Below are positions 17,379 through 31,545 of a DNA stretch of 64,000 nt, in pieces. The notes beneath the pieces were generated by a model. The model ran no database searches, had not been told where the DNA came from, and worked only from the letters and a program-made list of their open reading frames with translations. The translations under genes were made by a program, and so were the position numbers. Origin of the DNA: a bacterium (lineage in GTDB: Bacteria; Krumholzibacteriota; Krumholzibacteriia; LZORAL124-64-63); NCBI GenBank assembly GCA_031441465.1, contig JANOEP010000009.1, positions 1-64,000 on the forward strand, in the 5' to 3' direction. Position 1 is the stretch's first letter; each line of letters opens with the position of its first letter.

Positions 17379-19016
17379 ATGTTCACCACCGGCACCGCCA
17401 CCGATTACAACGACCTGGCCGAGCGGCTGAACACGTTCCTGACCGCGAAGGGATCGGCGTTCGGTCTCGCCTACACCGGAACCGGCAACGGCACTCTGAC
17501 CGCCTACAGCGGCGGGGCCTCCTCGGTCGCGGAGACGTTCACGATCACCGCGACCTCCCCCACGTCATTCAACGTCGTGGGCACTGTCACCGGCTCGATC
17601 GGGCCCGCGACTGTTGGCACGCCGTTCGCCCACGCGCACCTGGAGTTCCTGATTGCTGCCGGCGCGACGCCGTTTGTGGCTGGCGACCAGTTCACCCTGT
17701 CGACCGCGCCCAAGTGGACCAGCCTGCGCCGATCCCGCGGCTGCAGGCTCATGGCCACCCAGGCCAATGAGGGCATCTACGCCGTCCAGAACTTGGTGGA
17801 CGGTAAGCTCGACATCTGGCCGTTCAACATCGGAGGGATATCCAACCGCTCCTGGAACATCTACACGACGGTCACGCTTCCGCAGGAGGTGGAGATCACC
17901 TTCTTCGAGCCCGTGACCATCGCTACCTACGAATTGACCCTGCACGACACGACCGGGGCGGCGCCCGACGACTGGCAGATGCAGTACTGGGACGGCGCTG
18001 CGTGGGTGACGATCGATACGCGGGTCGGGATCAACTTCAACAACGGCATCCCCCAGACCTTCACCATCGCCGCGCCGATATCGGCAACCCGCTACCGGTG
18101 GCACATCACTGGTCTGCGCTACACCCAGTGCCACATGGGCACCTTGCGCATGTTCCGGCAGTCCGATGGCGTCGATGCGTGCTTCCACGAATACGCCTGG
18201 ATGGCCCCGGGCAATGGCGGCACGTCCGAGATCTTCGTCGGCATCCACGGATTCGAGCGCCAGGACGCCGACTACTACAACTGGGAGATCGCCGGCCTGG
18301 ACGGATGGGTCTCAGGGTCCAGGTTCTACCAGCAGCCCGGCTTCCAGGGAAATCTCTACCTGCCGCTCTGGAACGCCGCCATCCCCTACTGGTTCATCGC
18401 GGACGGCCGCCGCGCGGTCGTGATCGTGAAGATCTCGAATCAGTACGAGATCGCGGTCTTCGGCCTGCTCGACCCCTACTACTCACCACAGCAGTGGCCG
18501 TACCCGCTGGTCCTGGGCGGCTCGATGTCCCACGGCGAGTTCTCGGCCTGGAACGACACGGACTACCGCTGGTCCCTGTCCGACAACCGCCACCGCATCT
18601 TCACCCACGCCGACGTCGGTGGCGCCCCGGTCGGCGCCGGCGAGCGCGATCCTTGGGATACCCAACTCCGCGCCAGAAATCTCGACGGCGGCTGGAAGGC
18701 ACTTGAGGGAACGCAGCTCGACTCCATCGGGTCCACGCCCAGTACCTACAACCACATCATCTGGCCGACGCGGTGCGGCCTGTCGCTTCTGGACCCGGGC
18801 CCGGGCGCCACCTACGACCTATGGCCGGTGATGCTCATGCTCGGTGACGTCGGGGGCGGCTTCAACACGCCTGGCCAGCTGCCGGGCATCGCTCTGGTCA
18901 CCGGCCAGGGCCTGACCGCGGAGACATTGATCCGGCAGGGCGCCGTCGACTGGATCGTCATCCCCAACGTGTTCCGCAACGACCGTGACGACTTCTGCGC
19001 CGTGAGGTTGGACTGA
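17379..19016 (+). CDS. Tail tip / distal tail protein with inserted F5/8 type C (discoidin-like) domain
   Basis: First gene after tape measure; central LVDG...APDDWQMQYWDGAAWVTIDT...ATRYRW segment resembles F5/8C. Confidence 0.65.
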   Translation: MFTTGTATDYNDLAERLNTFLTAKGSAFGLAYTGTGNGTLTAYSGGASSVAETFTITATSPTSFNVVGTVTGSIGPATVGTPFAHAHLEFLIAAGATPFVAGDQFTLSTAPKWTSLRRSRGCRLMATQANEGIYAVQNLVDGKLDIWPFNIGGISNRSWNIYTTVTLPQEVEITFFEPVTIATYELTLHDTTGAAPDDWQMQYWDGAAWVTIDTRVGINFNNGIPQTFTIAAPISATRYRWHITGLRYTQCHMGTLRMFRQSDGVDACFHEYAWMAPGNGGTSEIFVGIHGFERQDADYYNWEIAGLDGWVSGSRFYQQPGFQGNLYLPLWNAAIPYWFIADGRRAVVIVKISNQYEIAVFGLLDPYYSPQQWPYPLVLGGSMSHGEFSAWNDTDYRWSLSDNRHRIFTHADVGGAPVGAGERDPWDTQLRARNLDGGWKALEGTQLDSIGSTPSTYNHIIWPTRCGLSLLDPGPGATYDLWPVMLMLGDVGGGFNTPGQLPGIALVTGQGLTAETLIRQGAVDWIVIPNVFRNDRDDFCAVRLD

Positions 19017-20089
19017 TGGCGGCCTCCTACCAGACCGGAATCAGCAGCTCGCCCACGAGTCTGCTGCAAACACTGGTGACCTGGCTCACGGGCCAAGGCT
19101 GGACCGTCAATCAGTCCGAGCAGGACGGCGCCGGCTGGCGTGCCCATCTGGTGAAGGCGGGAAGTCTGAATCTGAACCTGCGCGCCGCGGAGAACGAGCG
19201 GATCTGGCGCCGAGGCACAAGCAACTACCACGACCTTGGCAACGGTGGCTACGGCATCGGCCTGTACCTTGGAACCGGCTGGAATGGCGGCAGCAACTGG
19301 TACGCACAACCAGGCGGCCCAGTGCGGCCATACGACCTGAACACGTCCGGTTGCGGCATGAACCTGCCCCAGGGATCAGTGGCCGCGTACCACCTCTTCG
19401 ACGACGGCAACGACCACATCACCGTCGTGGTCGAGCGCGCGCCGGGGATCTTCTGCCACATGGGCTGGGGGCCGTCCCTTGAGCGGGCGTCTTTGCCGGA
19501 ACCGTTCCCCTACTTCTTCGCCAGCTCGAGCACCAAGATCAACACCGCCGAGTTGTCTGACGTCCTGTCCGGCAACCGCCGTGGCATGGACTTGACCGCC
19601 TACCCGCCGATGTCCCACACCGACGAGGACTATTCGACGATCTCCGGCAGCACCGGCCAGACGCATTGCACCGCGTTCGTCCGCGTCGATGCGGTGTCGT
19701 TCGCCGGCAGATGGATTGGCGACTGCAAACCCGAGGACGAGGGCTTCGGCTGGACCGGCCGCCGCATGCGCGACGCCCTGAACAAGTGCCTGGATGCCTT
19801 GGGCGGGATGGAAGAGGACGAGTACGTCAACTACCAGTACCTGTGGAACAGCGGAGTGAGCGGAGCCGGTGAGCGCACGCTGCAGAGCGCGTTCGGCGGC
19901 GCGTTGCTGCTGCCCCTGCATTGCTTCATGGAGGCCGAGCCGCAGAATCGCTGGGCCCCGATCGGCTACCCGCCGACGGTGTTCTGGACCGAGGCCGTGG
20001 GCCATGGCTACAGCGCTGGCGACGTCTACCAGCTGGGCGGCCAGAACTACATGCTGTTCCCGTTCTTCGCCGTGAAGAAGGCCGCCTGA
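19016..20089 (+). CDS. Phage tail tip structural protein
   Basis: Translationally coupled (TGATG) in tail operon; Gly/aromatic-rich. Confidence 0.65.
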   Translation: MAASYQTGISSSPTSLLQTLVTWLTGQGWTVNQSEQDGAGWRAHLVKAGSLNLNLRAAENERIWRRGTSNYHDLGNGGYGIGLYLGTGWNGGSNWYAQPGGPVRPYDLNTSGCGMNLPQGSVAAYHLFDDGNDHITVVVERAPGIFCHMGWGPSLERASLPEPFPYFFASSSTKINTAELSDVLSGNRRGMDLTAYPPMSHTDEDYSTISGSTGQTHCTAFVRVDAVSFAGRWIGDCKPEDEGFGWTGRRMRDALNKCLDALGGMEEDEYVNYQYLWNSGVSGAGERTLQSAFGGALLLPLHCFMEAEPQNRWAPIGYPPTVFWTEAVGHGYSAGDVYQLGGQNYMLFPFFAVKKAA

Positions 20090-21165
20090 TGGCCACCGCG
20101 GCCGCAATCCCCGGTCCCTTGAACCTCATTTCCGGGAACGACCTCTCGGTCAACCTGTCCGCGGCCGTCCTTGACCCCATCAGCGCGCGCCCGCTCTACC
20201 AGGTCGGGATGAACGCAGGCCCCCGCCTGGCGCTGGCCGACCCACGGCCAGCCGCGTTCCACATGGGCGGTGGGATTGCCCCCGTCCACGGCCTGGCCGT
20301 CCTCGGCCGGGTCCATGTGATCCCGCGCCGGCTTGACCTCGGTGCCGTGGTCTCCGAGCAGGAAGCCGAAGTCGAAGTCTGGAACGCCGACATCCAGCGC
20401 GGCCAGACCCTCGACGAGATCTCCATCGACGGTCCCGCCGGAATCGCGGTCATCGACGACCTCGGCCAGCCGGCTCATTTCCCGGCATCGGCTTCGCACA
20501 ACTACCTAGTCAAGGTCCTGAGCGACGGTGACGCCCTGATCGACAACCTGGTTACCTGGGTGTTCGCCGGGAAAGACCCCCTGGGCACCAACCTCCGCCT
20601 GCTGGGCTTCCGGTTGATTCCGTTCCCGTTCCCCCCGAACTGGGCCCAGCCCGTGACCGAGACGTTCGGGTTCATGACCGACATCCTCGTCTCATACCGG
20701 GGTATGGAGCAGCGCATCCAGCTGCGCGCCGTGCCGGTGGGCACGATCCGCTACGCAACGCTCCTGGACGACTTGCGCGACGCCCAGATGGCAGGCGCCA
20801 TCCTCTTCGGCAACCAGGCCCGCGCGTTCGGCGTGGGTCGCTGGCAGTTCCAGGCGCCGCTGCTGCAGGACGCCAGCGCAGGCGACCACGACCTCCTCTG
20901 CGACACCTCCGACATCCCGTTCGAGCCCGGCGGCATGGTCTTGCTGTGGACCGACCCATACCACTGGGAGGTCCAGACCACCCAGAGCGTGCTGCCGGAC
21001 CGCGTGGTCCTGGACTTCGGCCTCATCCAATCATGGAACGCGGGCCTGACCATCGTTCTGCCGATCGTCGTTGGCCGGCTTTCGGATGACGAAGGGTTCA
21101 CCTGGGACGCGCTCGCGATCGGCTCGACCGCGCTCACCTTCGACATCGACGGGTTCCGGACATGA
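20089..21165 (+). CDS. Phage tail structural protein
   Basis: TGATG coupling at 20087-20091; PNW..PVTE...TDIL....G.EQR..LR motif of siphophage tail-tip proteins. Confidence 0.7.
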   Translation: MATAAAIPGPLNLISGNDLSVNLSAAVLDPISARPLYQVGMNAGPRLALADPRPAAFHMGGGIAPVHGLAVLGRVHVIPRRLDLGAVVSEQEAEVEVWNADIQRGQTLDEISIDGPAGIAVIDDLGQPAHFPASASHNYLVKVLSDGDALIDNLVTWVFAGKDPLGTNLRLLGFRLIPFPFPPNWAQPVTETFGFMTDILVSYRGMEQRIQLRAVPVGTIRYATLLDDLRDAQMAGAILFGNQARAFGVGRWQFQAPLLQDASAGDHDLLCDTSDIPFEPGGMVLLWTDPYHWEVQTTQSVLPDRVVLDFGLIQSWNAGLTIVLPIVVGRLSDDEGFTWDALAIGSTALTFDIDGFRT

Positions 21166-21782
21166 GCTATCTCGGCCACGCCGTCCTCGAGCTCAACTAC
21201 AACCGAATCGGCGCCTTCGAGGAACGACTGCGCCGGAAATTCGTGCTGCTGAGCTCGAAGACCGGCCGGCGTATCGCCGACGAGCAGGCGCCGGCTCCGG
21301 CCGCTTTGCGCCCCTTCACCTGGACGGCGATCGGCCGCGACGAGATCACGGCCATGCGGGAATTCATCGATGCCCGCAAGGGGCGCGCCGTCCCGTTCTG
21401 GCTGCCGAGCTTTCAGTGGGACCTCGCCCTGGCCGAGGACATCGCCCAGAACCAGTCCGGCGCGACGATCAGGTGGGTCAGGTACAAGCAGCAGATGTGG
21501 GGCACGACCGGAGCGAGGCGGCACCTGGCGATCTGGTCGCTCGGCGAAGGCGTCATGGACTACTGCCGGATCACCGGCGCCACCGATCCGGCAAACTATC
21601 TCACCGAAACCCTGACCCTTGATCCGGTGGCCCAGCGCGACTACTCGCGCACCCAGACCGTGCTGTCGTTCCTGAAGTTCTGCCGCCTCGAGGACGACCG
21701 CATCGAGGTCTCCTACCCGAGCCCCCAGGTGGCTGAAGCTACGATCCGGGTCCGTGAACTTCCCCTGGAGGCGCCGCTGTGA
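21162..21782 (+). CDS. Phage tail structural protein
   Basis: GRAVPFWLPS and CRLEDDRIE motifs; ATGA overlap. Confidence 0.7.
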   Translation: MSYLGHAVLELNYNRIGAFEERLRRKFVLLSSKTGRRIADEQAPAPAALRPFTWTAIGRDEITAMREFIDARKGRAVPFWLPSFQWDLALAEDIAQNQSGATIRWVRYKQQMWGTTGARRHLAIWSLGEGVMDYCRITGATDPANYLTETLTLDPVAQRDYSRTQTVLSFLKFCRLEDDRIEVSYPSPQVAEATIRVRELPLEAPL

Positions 21783-22579
21783 CCTATGACGAGCGCGAGA
21801 AGAGCCGTTACCTGGCCCAGCCCGTCGAAGGGTTCCGGTTCGCCCAAGGCAGCAACCTGTGGCTCTACACCTCTGCCGACCGGGCCATCACGCTGCCGGC
21901 TGGCGTGTTCGCCCCCGAGGCGATCGTGCGCAGCGAACTCGACTTCTCCCAGGAGGACACCGGCGAGACCATCGAGCTGACGCTGCCGCGCGCCAACCCC
22001 GTCCCGGCGCTGTTCATCGGCGACCTGCCGTCCACGCCGGTCTGGGTGACCGTCTACAGGGCCCACCGCGGCGAGGAGTCCCTCGCGGTGACGATCTTCA
22101 GCGGCAAGGTGATCCGGGCGCGATTCGAGGAATCCGAAGCGATCCTCACTGGGGCGAGCCTGATGGCAATGCTCGCGCGAACGGTGCCGATCCTGGCTCT
22201 GCAGACACCGTGCAACCACGCCCTCTACTCGGGCCCGTGCGGCGCCAACCCCACCGCGAGCCGAGACATGGTCTCGGTCACGTCGGTCAATGGCGCCACC
22301 GTGGTTTCGAGCGGCTTCGCCCTGCGCCCGGACCAGTGGTACCGCGGCGGTCGCCTCGAAACCGCTACCGGTGAGACCCGATTCATCGTCGACCACCAAG
22401 GCAACACGGTGACGCTGATCTCCCCGCTGCCCGGCCTCCGTTCGCTCGACGAAGTCCGGGCCTACTGGGGCTGTGACCACCTCGAAGCCACCTGCCGGGA
22501 CAAGTTCGACAATCTCGTGAACCACCTGGGCTGGTCGCGCCTTCCGGGCCGCAATCCCTTCAGCGGGAGGATCGACTGA
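21779..22579 (+). CDS. Phage BR0599 / DUF2163-family tail hub protein
   Basis: YTSAD, C.HALY...CG, GCD....C..KF.N..N.G...P..NPF Cys motif. Confidence 0.85.
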   Translation: MTYDEREKSRYLAQPVEGFRFAQGSNLWLYTSADRAITLPAGVFAPEAIVRSELDFSQEDTGETIELTLPRANPVPALFIGDLPSTPVWVTVYRAHRGEESLAVTIFSGKVIRARFEESEAILTGASLMAMLARTVPILALQTPCNHALYSGPCGANPTASRDMVSVTSVNGATVVSSGFALRPDQWYRGGRLETATGETRFIVDHQGNTVTLISPLPGLRSLDEVRAYWGCDHLEATCRDKFDNLVNHLGWSRLPGRNPFSGRID

Positions 22580-25029
22580 TGGCCTTCTGGATCATGGCGC
22601 TGGTCTACATCGTGGGCACGGTCCTGTACGATGTTCTGCGCCCCAAGCCCAAGTTCGATGCCCCGACGCCGTCCGCCCTGGGCGACTTCCAGTTCCCGAC
22701 GATCGGCGAAGGCCGCTCGATTCCGATTGTTTGGGGCACCTGCAAGCTCGCCGGGCCGATGGTCACCTGGTACGGCGACCTCCAGGTTCAGGCAATCAAA
22801 GAGAAGGTCAAGACCGGCCTGTTCTCCTCCGATGAGATCACCACCGGGTACCGCTACTACCTCGGCGCTCAGCTGGTCCTGTGTGGCGGCGAAATCGACC
22901 GGGTATTGCAGATCCGGTTCGATGACCGGACCCCCTCGGCCGGCTACGCCCGCCTGCCGGACGTCACCCAGATCAACATCAATGCCCCGAACTTCTTCGG
23001 CGGGGAGGATTCGGAAGGCGGGGTCGCAGGCAACGTCTACGTCTACCACGGGACGGCCACCCAGCCGGCGGACACGTACCTCGAGGCCCGCCTCGGCGAG
23101 AGCTTGCCCGCCTGGCGGCGCGTCAGCTACGCCGTCTTCCGCCACGTCTACCTGGGAACGAGTCCCTACATCAAGGCTGTCTCGTTCGTGGTGCGCCGCT
23201 GCCCCAACAGTCTGGGCCTTACAGGCGACGCCCACGACATCGACGGCGACGCCAACCCCGCGGCCATGATCTACGACATCCTCATTTCGCCGCCGGCTGA
23301 AAACGGGCTCGGTCTGCCGGTCGGGTTCTTCGACGTGGCCGCCTTTCGTGCGGTCGGACAGACGTTGGCCGCCGAGGGTCTTGGGCTGTCCATGCTACAA
23401 GACCGCACCACCACCGCGAAGGATCTGGTGCTGGAGATCCTGCGCCACATCGACGGCGTCATGTACGTCGAGCCCTCGACTGGACTGCTGACCATTCGGC
23501 TCGTGCGCTACGACTACGACCCCGAGACCATCCCCGTGCTCGATGCGGACAACTGCACCGTGAAGTCGTTCGCGCGGCCCTCGTGGGGCGACCTCAAGAA
23601 CACCGTGCGCGTGGGCTACGTCAGCCGAGCGGCCGGGTTCATCGAGAAGACTGCCCAGGCCCAGGACCTGGCCTCGATCGAAGTGCAAGGCGGCGAGGTC
23701 TCTCTCCAGGATCTCACCCTGCGCGGACTGTCAAATCCGACCACAGCCCAACTGGCCGCAGCGCGCGCGCTGGCCGCCCTGGCCTATCCCTTGGCCACGA
23801 TCACAATCGACGCGGACCGCTCCGCATGGGCGTTCAGGCCGGGCGCGGTATTCAAGCTGGTCTGGGATCCCCTGGGTATCACCGGCATGGCCTGCCGCGT
23901 CGTCCGCGTCGGGACCGGGCGGCTGGACTCAGGAAAGATCGAGATTGAGGCCATGGAGGACATCTTCGCCGTGGAATGGACGGGATACACCGACCCGCCC
24001 GCATCCGGCTGGGAAGATCCCTCGGGTGATCCCCCTGCGCTCACCGATCAGGTGGCCTTGGCCGCTCCATACGAGGCGACCAAGGACTACGGCAACATGG
24101 GATCTGACGTGCAGCTGGCCGTGACGATGGCTGCGCGTGGGGTGACAGGGATCTCCCTGGGGTACAAGGCATACGTGGCTGATGGCTATGGCGGCTGGTC
24201 GCCGCCAGTCAACGTCCGTTATTTCACCCCATCGGGCGCCCTCAGCACGCCAATCGACGAGCTCACAAGCGAGATCGTCGTCGCCTCGGGTCTCGATGCC
24301 GATCTCGTGGAATCGGTCAGCGCCCCGGACTTCTCGCTTGGCGTCAACGTGGCCTGGCTCACCCATGGCGGGCTGGAGGAGTTCATCGCCTTCCAGAACG
24401 TGGTCCAGGGCGAGAGCGGGATCACGCTTCAGGTCGTCGCCCGCGGTTGCCTGGACACCGCGCCCACGGCTTTCCCGGCCGGGACTCGGGTCTGGTTCAT
24501 TTCCTACGGCAGCAGGATCGTGAACATCCGCGGGCCCGTACCGCCGACCGAAACGGTCAACAACAATCTCCGGTTTCAGCCTTACAACAACCAGAGCGAG
24601 TATCTGTTCGCCTCGTGTGTGGATTCGCCTGTCGTGGCCACAACACCCGCCCGCTCCGAGAAGGTCTACTGCCCGACCGATGTCCGGTTCAACGGGCAGA
24701 GCTACCCGGCATCGATCACCGGCGCGTTGACCGTGTCATGGTCGCATCGGAACCGTCTTGGAACGTGGAGCTACGTGGACTCGGGCGAGACCACCGCTCC
24801 TGAGGATGGCACCGAGTACGACATCCTGGTCTACGGTGAGATCGAAACGCTCGTTCACACCGAGGCTGGGTTGACCGGCACCTCCTGGACCTACAATGCG
24901 GGACAGGAGATCGCTGAGTCAGGGCTCGGTCGGCTCAACAACCATCTGCGGGTAGTCATTCAGACGTACGGGGCGGGGCGGGCGCACGTGGCGATTCGGG
25001 AGATTGAGTGGGCATTTGATCGCATGTGA
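22579..25029 (+). CDS. Central tail / host-specificity protein
   Basis: EGRSIPIVWGT...GP.V.WYGD, DANPA..IYDIL, PGAVFKL.W, RGCLDT.P; last gene of tail operon. Confidence 0.8.
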   Translation: MAFWIMALVYIVGTVLYDVLRPKPKFDAPTPSALGDFQFPTIGEGRSIPIVWGTCKLAGPMVTWYGDLQVQAIKEKVKTGLFSSDEITTGYRYYLGAQLVLCGGEIDRVLQIRFDDRTPSAGYARLPDVTQININAPNFFGGEDSEGGVAGNVYVYHGTATQPADTYLEARLGESLPAWRRVSYAVFRHVYLGTSPYIKAVSFVVRRCPNSLGLTGDAHDIDGDANPAAMIYDILISPPAENGLGLPVGFFDVAAFRAVGQTLAAEGLGLSMLQDRTTTAKDLVLEILRHIDGVMYVEPSTGLLTIRLVRYDYDPETIPVLDADNCTVKSFARPSWGDLKNTVRVGYVSRAAGFIEKTAQAQDLASIEVQGGEVSLQDLTLRGLSNPTTAQLAAARALAALAYPLATITIDADRSAWAFRPGAVFKLVWDPLGITGMACRVVRVGTGRLDSGKIEIEAMEDIFAVEWTGYTDPPASGWEDPSGDPPALTDQVALAAPYEATKDYGNMGSDVQLAVTMAARGVTGISLGYKAYVADGYGGWSPPVNVRYFTPSGALSTPIDELTSEIVVASGLDADLVESVSAPDFSLGVNVAWLTHGGLEEFIAFQNVVQGESGITLQVVARGCLDTAPTAFPAGTRVWFISYGSRIVNIRGPVPPTETVNNNLRFQPYNNQSEYLFASCVDSPVVATTPARSEKVYCPTDVRFNGQSYPASITGALTVSWSHRNRLGTWSYVDSGETTAPEDGTEYDILVYGEIETLVHTEAGLTGTSWTYNAGQEIAESGLGRLNNHLRVVIQTYGAGRAHVAIREIEWAFDRM

Positions 25030-25126
25030 GCGGCAATTGCACCACACAGGGATGTGCCGGTCGGGCGCCCATTCGCCCGTAACCGGCAATCCCTATGAGC
25101 CATCAGTGAGACGCACCACAAATCTC

Positions 25127-28667
<3,541 letters not shown>

Positions 28668-28679
28668 ACCGGGCCCCCT

Positions 28680-29909
28680 TTAGTGGTCATGCGTCGCGCC
28701 CGACTTCCCGATGTCGGCCTTGACAATGAAACTGTTCTCGGCCGCGTACATCTGGCCGGCGGTCAGTCCGGACAACACTTCAACCCATTCGTCATCGCGG
28801 CGACCCAGCTCCAGGATGGCAATCTCGAACAGGTGGCCGTCGCGGATGAACACCACGTCCCAATCCCGAAACGTCTGCAGTGCGTCGGCCTTGACCGCCA
28901 GGGGAACGGTGGCCTCATCGACGATGATCTCGCCGACGACAAAGAGTCCCGGCCGCCACCGTCCGTTGGGGTTGGGCAATTCGATCCTGGCCAGCATCGT
29001 TTGCGTGTCTTCGGAGCCGAACGGCGAGATGTAGCTCACGACACCCACGGCGCCGGTCGCGCCCTCGCCCGAGGTGACCGTAACGGCCTGGCCGATCTTC
29101 AGCTTTTCGAAGTCCCTGCGGTGCACGTTCAGGTCGACCCACACCTCGCCGAGATCCGCCACGGTGTAGATCGGCTCGCCCTCCCTGACGAACTTCCCCG
29201 GGGTGACGTCCTTGCGGATTACGGTGCCGGCCATCGCCGACCTTACCTCGTAGAGCTGGAGGCTCTCGTTGCTCTCGATGACGGCCATCACTTCGTCCTT
29301 GGCCACGTGTTCACCCTGTCGTTTGCGCACCTCTTTGACGACGCCAGGGAAGCGCGGCGCGACCTCCCGGAGGTGGTCCTCGTTGGGACTGATGCGGCCA
29401 AACACCCTGATGACGTCCCTGATCGCGGCGGGACCGACCATGGCGATGGTGATTCCCGAGCCTTGGGCGGCTTCATCGGTAATCGTCGTCCGCCCCTCGT
29501 AGGAGGCGTATTCCCAGTAGTGCTTCGCGCCCGCATACGTGGCAGTCACCACAACATCGAACGAGTGGGGCTCGTCCACGACCTTGTCGCCGACCAGGTA
29601 GTCGCTTTCCTTGGCAAACAGGAAAGTGTCCACGCGTCCGGCGATTCGGCGTAGTTCAATGGACAGATCCACGTCCGCCGGGTCGACGGCTTTGTCCTTG
29701 TCGTAGAAGTAGACGCGGAATTGTGGCGGCACGCCCCGCTCGAAGATGGTGACTTCGGTTTTGAAGTCACCGTCGGAAAGCAGGCGTCCACCATGAGGAC
29801 CTGTCGTCACATTCCCAACGACAGTTTCGCCGTGATCGTCTCCGCTGCGCTGACACGAGACCAGGCCCAGCGCCAGGGGGATCACCAGATAGAGGAGCAA
29901 CTTCTTCAA
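28680..29909 (-). CDS. czcB: RND efflux membrane fusion protein, CzcB type
   Basis: Lipoprotein-like signal (LGLVSC), GPHGGRLL, VADLGEVWV, WRPGLFV, EVLSGL, C-terminal HDH. Confidence 0.9.
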   Translation of the reverse strand: MKKLLLYLVIPLALGLVSCQRSGDDHGETVVGNVTTGPHGGRLLSDGDFKTEVTIFERGVPPQFRVYFYDKDKAVDPADVDLSIELRRIAGRVDTFLFAKESDYLVGDKVVDEPHSFDVVVTATYAGAKHYWEYASYEGRTTITDEAAQGSGITIAMVGPAAIRDVIRVFGRISPNEDHLREVAPRFPGVVKEVRKRQGEHVAKDEVMAVIESNESLQLYEVRSAMAGTVIRKDVTPGKFVREGEPIYTVADLGEVWVDLNVHRRDFEKLKIGQAVTVTSGEGATGAVGVVSYISPFGSEDTQTMLARIELPNPNGRWRPGLFVVGEIIVDEATVPLAVKADALQTFRDWDVVFIRDGHLFEIAILELGRRDDEWVEVLSGLTAGQMYAAENSFIVKADIGKSGATHDH

Positions 29910-29925
29910 GAAAGGTATCCTCCGC

Positions 29926-31350
29926 TTATGGCTGCAGGGGTTGACCGGTGAGCCGTTCGATCTCGGCCACCAGCAGGTGATATGACTTCGCCGCTTCGAT
30001 GTAGTCCTGCCTCACGGCCAATAGCGTCTCCTGCGCATCGGCCGTTTCCAGGTAAGAGAACCGACCCTGCCGATAGCCTTCGGCGGCGATCTCCAGCGAT
30101 TCCTCGGCCTGGGGCAGTATCTCACTGTGGATGCTCTCCACCGTGCGCACCGCCTGCACCAGTTCCTGGTGCAAACCGTGGAGTTGCGTTCGCAAGCGCG
30201 ACTCCGCTGCAAACCGGCTCAGCGGGGCAACCTCAGCCAGCGCTTGCGCCTCCTCGCGGGACCCCTGATTGCGGTCGAACAACGGCAAGGGCAGTGAGAC
30301 TTCGGCGACGAACGCAAAGTCATCGGGCCCGTTGAATCTGCGCACACCGCCGCCGACCGTCAGGTCGGGAGTGCGCCTCGACTTCGCCAGTTCCAACTCG
30401 GTCAGGCGCAACCGCCTTTCCGCTTCCAATCGGGCCAGGGCAGGACTGGCAGCAATGCGCTCAGCCAGTGTCTCGAAGGTGGGAGGTTGCACTACGGCGA
30501 ACAGATCCGCTTCCACCCGTGTGAACGTCGGCGTCGTATCGCCCCAAGTCGCGGCCAGCCGATATCGCGCCGCTTGCCATTCGCGACCGGCCTGTTCCTG
30601 CGCGATGCGGCTTCTCGCGAGTCCGACCGTCGCCTTTCTCCTCTCCAACACGGTCCCCTTGCCCACTGCCAGCCGCTCCTCTGCGCTGCGGACCACGGAC
30701 TCCGCCGCTTCGATCGCCTGCTCGGCCAAGGCCAGCTCATGCTGGGTCGCCAGTGCCGCGATGAACTTGGCCGTCACTTCGGACAGCACGTCCATGCGCC
30801 TCAATTCGTATTCGCTCCCTGCCAGATCGCGTGCCGAAGTGGCCACGTCGCGCCTGGCCGACCGCTTCCCCCCGAGCTCGATGAGCTGGCTGAGCTGAAG
30901 CGTCGTCTGCGCGACGGCAACGCCGCCGAATTCGCCAGAGCCGGCGAAGTCCTCCATCGTCAGGGCAGCAGCAGGGTTGGGCCGCAGGCCTGCCTGCAGC
31001 AGCCTCGCCTCACTCACCCGCAGTTCGGAAGAAAACGCCGCCAGATCGGGGTTCTTCTGCAGTGCCGAAGCTAGCGCTTGCCTCAATGTCAAAACGCCTT
31101 CCGGCGTTTGAGCTTGGGCGGTCGACACAACGGCTGCGACGACTATGATCGACAAGAGGCCGATACCTGAGCGGATGCGAGAGCCAGGTAAGGGCACCGG
31201 TCTGAGGGCACATGGACCGTCGGCGCCTCGCGTTGAATAGGGGCTGGATGCCGTGACCGGTGCGGGGCCCACCCGACCGGCGCCACCAGCCCTATGCCGG
31301 ACCCCGATCGCTCGTTTTGTTCCGATCCCGAGTACTGCGTTCATGAACAC
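29926..31350 (-). CDS. czcC: Outer membrane efflux protein, TolC/CzcC type (start uncertain, possibly 31197)
   Basis: NPDL, QAGLRPNP, QLIELGGKR, PDLTVGGG, PLPLFDRNQG, YRQG..SYLE. Confidence 0.9.
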   Translation of the reverse strand: MFMNAVLGIGTKRAIGVRHRAGGAGRVGPAPVTASSPYSTRGADGPCALRPVPLPGSRIRSGIGLLSIIVVAAVVSTAQAQTPEGVLTLRQALASALQKNPDLAAFSSELRVSEARLLQAGLRPNPAAALTMEDFAGSGEFGGVAVAQTTLQLSQLIELGGKRSARRDVATSARDLAGSEYELRRMDVLSEVTAKFIAALATQHELALAEQAIEAAESVVRSAEERLAVGKGTVLERRKATVGLARSRIAQEQAGREWQAARYRLAATWGDTTPTFTRVEADLFAVVQPPTFETLAERIAASPALARLEAERRLRLTELELAKSRRTPDLTVGGGVRRFNGPDDFAFVAEVSLPLPLFDRNQGSREEAQALAEVAPLSRFAAESRLRTQLHGLHQELVQAVRTVESIHSEILPQAEESLEIAAEGYRQGRFSYLETADAQETLLAVRQDYIEAAKSYHLLVAEIERLTGQPLQP

Positions 31351-31545
31351 GATCGATTTACCTTCCCCTCGTGGCCCCGGAAGTCGACTTGGGCCGAATG
31401 CCGGCGGTTCCGCGGTGATCGAAACAGCCCTGCGCCACCCACGGCATGCGCGGGTATTGATCTCGTGAGCACCGCAACTCCGCTAATAGCGGATGGCGCG
31501 CCAACTTATCCTAGAATGAAAGGAACTGCGGAAGGCGGCTGGATT

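Noticed and set aside
14105..17401. Long minus-strand ORFs (604, 384, 276 aa) opposite chaperone and tape measure genes
   Set aside because: Codon-bias shadows with no recognisable domains.
17379..25029. Diversity-generating retroelement or shufflon acting on tail genes
   Set aside because: No reverse transcriptase, TR/VR pair or repeated inversion sites seen.
31358..31388. Possible fourth sigma-promoter copy (GGGAAGGTAA on minus strand) upstream of czcC
   Set aside because: -35 half does not match at 14-nt spacing; better explained as a Shine-Dalgarno region.
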